Source: Ferrimonas sp. YFM (GTDB lineage: Bacteria; Pseudomonadota; Gammaproteobacteria; Enterobacterales; Shewanellaceae). From it: a DNA stretch of 24,000 nucleotides. Position numbers and translations under genes: made by a program. Under the pieces are notes generated by a model. It was not told the origin of the DNA, searched no databases, and saw nothing but the letters and a program-made list of their open reading frames with translations. The stretch covers positions 3,496,839 through 3,520,838 of the forward strand of contig NZ_AP027368.1 in assembly GCF_030296015.1 (NCBI RefSeq), written 5' to 3'. This document shows, piece by piece, positions 21,406 to 24,000 of the stretch. Position 1 is the first letter of the stretch. Each line of letters opens with the position of its first letter.

Positions 21406-23043
21406 TCAGCTCAGTCGGTATCGACCAATCAGGTCCTGCAGTTCGTCGGCCTGAGAGGCGATCTGCTGGCCGACCTGCTGAGCCTCGGAAGCGTTGCGCT
21501 CCACCGATTCGCCCACCTCCTTGACCCGCAGCACATTCTGGCTAATCTCTTCACTGACACGGCTCTGCTCTTCGGCGGCCGCAGCAATCTCCATATTCAT
21601 CTGGCTCAGTTGTCCCACCTCTTCGGTCACCAGGCTGAGCATCTCGTCCACTTCGGTGGCCTGACTGGCACACACGTCGGCAAACTGCTGGCCGTGCTCA
21701 ATGGAGGTAACCGCTTCCTGGCTCTCCTTCTGCAGACGCTCGATCATGGTCTGAATCTGCTGAGTCGACTCCTGGGTGCGGGATGCCAGAGAGCGCACCT
21801 CATCCGCCACCACGGCAAAGCCGCGTCCCTGCTCTCCTGCCCTGGCCGCCTCTATGGCCGCGTTCAGTGCCAGCAGGTTGGTCTGTTCGGCGATGGTACG
21901 AATTACATCCAGAATGGCTCCGATCTCCTGGCTCTCATGCTCGAGGCGCTGCATCACCTGCCCCGAGTGGCTGACCGCCCCCTGAAGCTCGATGATGTTC
22001 TGCTTGGTCTCGTTGAGATTGCGTTTGCTCTCTCCAAGGCGGCCGTTGGTCTCAGCCACATTGCTGGCGGCGACCTGGGCACTGGAACTGACCTGAGAGA
22101 TGGACGCCACCATCTCGGTCATGGCACTGGCCATCTGGTCAGTTTGTGAATTCTGATCATGGATGTCGCTGGCGGTTTCCCCCATCTCCCGCTGCAGGGT
22201 GTGGGACTGGCTGGTCAGCAGAGCAGACACCTGGTGCAACTGATTGAGTATCGACACCTGTTGTTGCTGAAGCTCCTTGGCATCACCGGCCAGTTGGCCA
22301 AGCTCATCCCGCTGCTCCAGACTGAGCCGAGCGGCGAAGTTACCCGATGCCAGCTCACGCAGAAATCCACCGACGCTGCGCATGGGGCGAATGATGAAGC
22401 TGTTGCTCACCATGGCACCCACCACCAGAGCCAGGGCAAAGGCCAGGGCAAGGGCCACCATGGCCAGCATCAGTTGCTGATCCGCATGCAACTGGTGCTC
22501 CTCTACCGCCCGCTCCTGGGCCTGCTCCATCGCCTCCACCAGGGCCTCGAGACTCTGTGCCGGTGCTCTGTCTATGCCTCTGACCAGGGTGTCCGTGCCA
22601 GCGGCATCATAGTCGTTGGCCAGCTGATAGGCCCGACCTTCACGGTATTTTTCACCCAACACCCTGTGCGCCTGGATAAAGGCGTCCAGCTTGCTGGCCA
22701 ACCCGGCATCCAGCTCCCTGAGCATTGTCAGAGTCGCCTCGGCATGATGTTGCACCTTGGCTTCCGCTTTAAGGTACTTACCCCAGTACTTCTCCCTGTC
22801 CTTCTCCTGATAGGTGCGAACCAGGACGTTCTTCCACTCCTGCACCTGAGCTTTGAATTCCACTTCCAGGGTGAGCACCTGCTCCCTGGCCACCACGTCC
22901 TGCTGCAATACCTGCTGGTAATAGCCCACCACAGTAACCTGGCTATAGAGGGCAAAACCTGCCCCAAGGAGCAAAAGCAGCATGCCTACCAGATTGGCAA
23001 ACATCAGTTTCTTGCTAATGCTGAGATGACGGAGAAGCTTCAT
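21406..23043 (-). CDS. Methyl-accepting chemotaxis protein (N-terminal TM + four-helix-bundle-like sensor, HAMP, MCP signalling domain)
   Basis: The highly conserved signalling hairpin is [35 protein letters not shown]. There are two hydrophobic segments (residues about 15-35 and about 195-215). Confidence 0.9.
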   Translation of the reverse strand: MKLLRHLSISKKLMFANLVGMLLLLLGAGFALYSQVTVVGYYQQVLQQDVVAREQVLTLEVEFKAQVQEWKNVLVRTYQEKDREKYWGKYLKAEAKVQHHAEATLTMLRELDAGLASKLDAFIQAHRVLGEKYREGRAYQLANDYDAAGTDTLVRGIDRAPAQSLEALVEAMEQAQERAVEEHQLHADQQLMLAMVALALAFALALVVGAMVSNSFIIRPMRSVGGFLRELASGNFAARLSLEQRDELGQLAGDAKELQQQQVSILNQLHQVSALLTSQSHTLQREMGETASDIHDQNSQTDQMASAMTEMVASISQVSSSAQVAASNVAETNGRLGESKRNLNETKQNIIELQGAVSHSGQVMQRLEHESQEIGAILDVIRTIAEQTNLLALNAAIEAARAGEQGRGFAVVADEVRSLASRTQESTQQIQTMIERLQKESQEAVTSIEHGQQFADVCASQATEVDEMLSLVTEEVGQLSQMNMEIAAAAEEQSRVSEEISQNVLRVKEVGESVERNASEAQQVGQQIASQADELQDLIGRYRLS

Positions 23044-23489
23044 ATATCGGCCCTTAAATGTTGCTGAGACTCTTGTAATCCGTACGCGGGAACCCCGCTT
23101 TACTGGGGTTAGCGGCAGGGTATCATCAAGCTGTAATGGTATTTTCGGGCCACCTATTCACAGCGTCACACATCCGCCAACATCGGGTTATGACCCTGTA
23201 AAAACAGAGCAAATACACTATTTCTTCATGTTCTTGTACCCATCTGATTTATCTGGCCAATTTCTTACAGGTTTCAGCGACCGGTTAAATTTGAACCAGA
23301 TCACACTCCGCAACACTCGCCCACAGCTAAAGATCTCAAATTAATTGCAGTTAATGGCAAAAAAACCTCCCCTGATTAGATCCAGCGCATTGACCCGGGC
23401 CAGTCCCCTCCATACCTTAGGAGGACAGACCAGCGCCGATGGAGAGGCGTTGGCCGGTAGTAGCCGATGACCACATGGAGTACACCCGC

Positions 23490-24000
23490 ATGGCCCGCTT
23501 GTCCCTGATTGACGCATCCTTTGTCCTATTTGAAACACGCGCTACCCCCATGCACGTCGGTGGGCTGATTGAGGTGGAGCCGGACAGCCCGGATTACGCC
23601 GACCGATTGTTTGACCACCTGATGGCCGCCGAGCAGGTCCATGCCCCCTTCAATCGGGTACTCCACTTTGGGCCTGGCCTGTGGCCAAGCTGGCGACGCC
23701 GCTCCCGGCTGAACCTGAGCCAGCACCTGTTCCGCCATCACCTCGATGACCATGGGGGCGAGCATCAGCTGCAACGCCTGCTGGAATCCATTCACAGTCA
23801 ACAGATGGACAGGCGAAAGCCGCTGTGGGAATGTCATCTGATTGAGGGACTGCCCAAGGGAATGGTCGCCGTCTATGTGAAGATTCATCACGCCTGTGCC
23901 GACGGCATGAAGCTCAGTGCCCTGATGCAGCAGATGCTCAGCGCCGATCCCAAGTCCGCGGTCAGCCCCGCGTTCTGGCAGTTCTCCAAGCAGCGTCACC
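23490..24000 (+). CDS. Wax ester synthase/diacylglycerol acyltransferase (WS/DGAT) family protein, N-terminal part; 3' end lies outside the window
   Basis: My own translation of the plus strand gives MARLSLIDASFVLFETRATPMHVGGLIEVEPDSP...KPLWECHLIEGLPKGMVAVYVKIHHACADGMKLSALM. It contains the HHxxxDG active-site motif and an N-terminus like Acinetobacter AtfA. GGAG lies 9 nt upstream, and an in-frame ATG at 23475 is an alternative start. The gene is not in the ORF track because no stop falls within the window. Confidence 0.8.
   Translation, partial: MARLSLIDASFVLFETRATPMHVGGLIEVEPDSPDYADRLFDHLMAAEQVHAPFNRVLHFGPGLWPSWRRRSRLNLSQHLFRHHLDDHGGEHQLQRLLESIHSQQMDRRKPLWECHLIEGLPKGMVAVYVKIHHACADGMKLSALMQQMLSADPKSAVSPAFWQFSKQRH

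Noticed and set aside
23526-23999. A 157-aa minus-strand ORF at the right edge.
   Set aside because: The opposite (plus) strand encodes a WS/DGAT N-terminus with the HHxxxDG motif. The minus-strand product has no recognisable features and starts at a GTG at the window edge.
1-24000. A search by eye for CRISPR arrays, tRNA/rRNA genes, IS elements, integrases, phage genes or known defence-system genes.
   Set aside because: None was found. The only repeats are the paralogous module genes, the duplicated promoter cassettes and the duplicated terminator flanks described above. The accessory character of 9.2-21.4 kb rests on composition and paralogy alone.

Overview
This window looks like chromosomal DNA from a GC-rich, probably marine, gammaproteobacterium. 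The Shewanella/Ferrimonas-like guess rests on gene content only. No tRNA, rRNA, CRISPR array, transposase or integrase was found.

**Left third (1-9.2 kb), mostly minus strand, housekeeping or accessory genes:**
- a HypX-like crotonase fragment
- a stand-alone RelA/SpoT small alarmone synthetase
- an L,D-transpeptidase
- a secreted multidomain Endonuclease-I nuclease
- a DEDDh exonuclease
- the orphan glycyl-radical pair yjjI/yjjW
- topB, preceded by a near-consensus LexA box

**Centre (about 9.2-21.4 kb), the notable part:** two side-by-side paralogous modules whose products are all predicted to be extracytoplasmic. Each module encodes four components:
- a Tat-exported FAD flavoprotein of the soluble fumarate/urocanate-reductase family
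- a translationally coupled tetraheme cytochrome c
- a signal-peptide-bearing lyase-type enzyme
- a paralogous outer-membrane beta-barrel

The lyase-type enzyme differs between modules. Module 1 has a small cupin with the H-x-H-x3-E-x-Y...H site of cupin DMSP lyases. Module 2 has a histidine/phenylalanine ammonia-lyase homologue that lacks the Ala-Ser-Gly MIO triad. A TetR gene flanks module 1 and a LysR gene sits between the modules. Conserved non-coding cassettes precede the transcription units.

My hypothesis is a periplasmic 'cleave a precursor, then respire the resulting enoate' system. This is inference.

**Right end:** a methyl-accepting chemotaxis protein, and a WS/DGAT acyltransferase gene running off the window. 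The ORF track shows only its antisense shadow.
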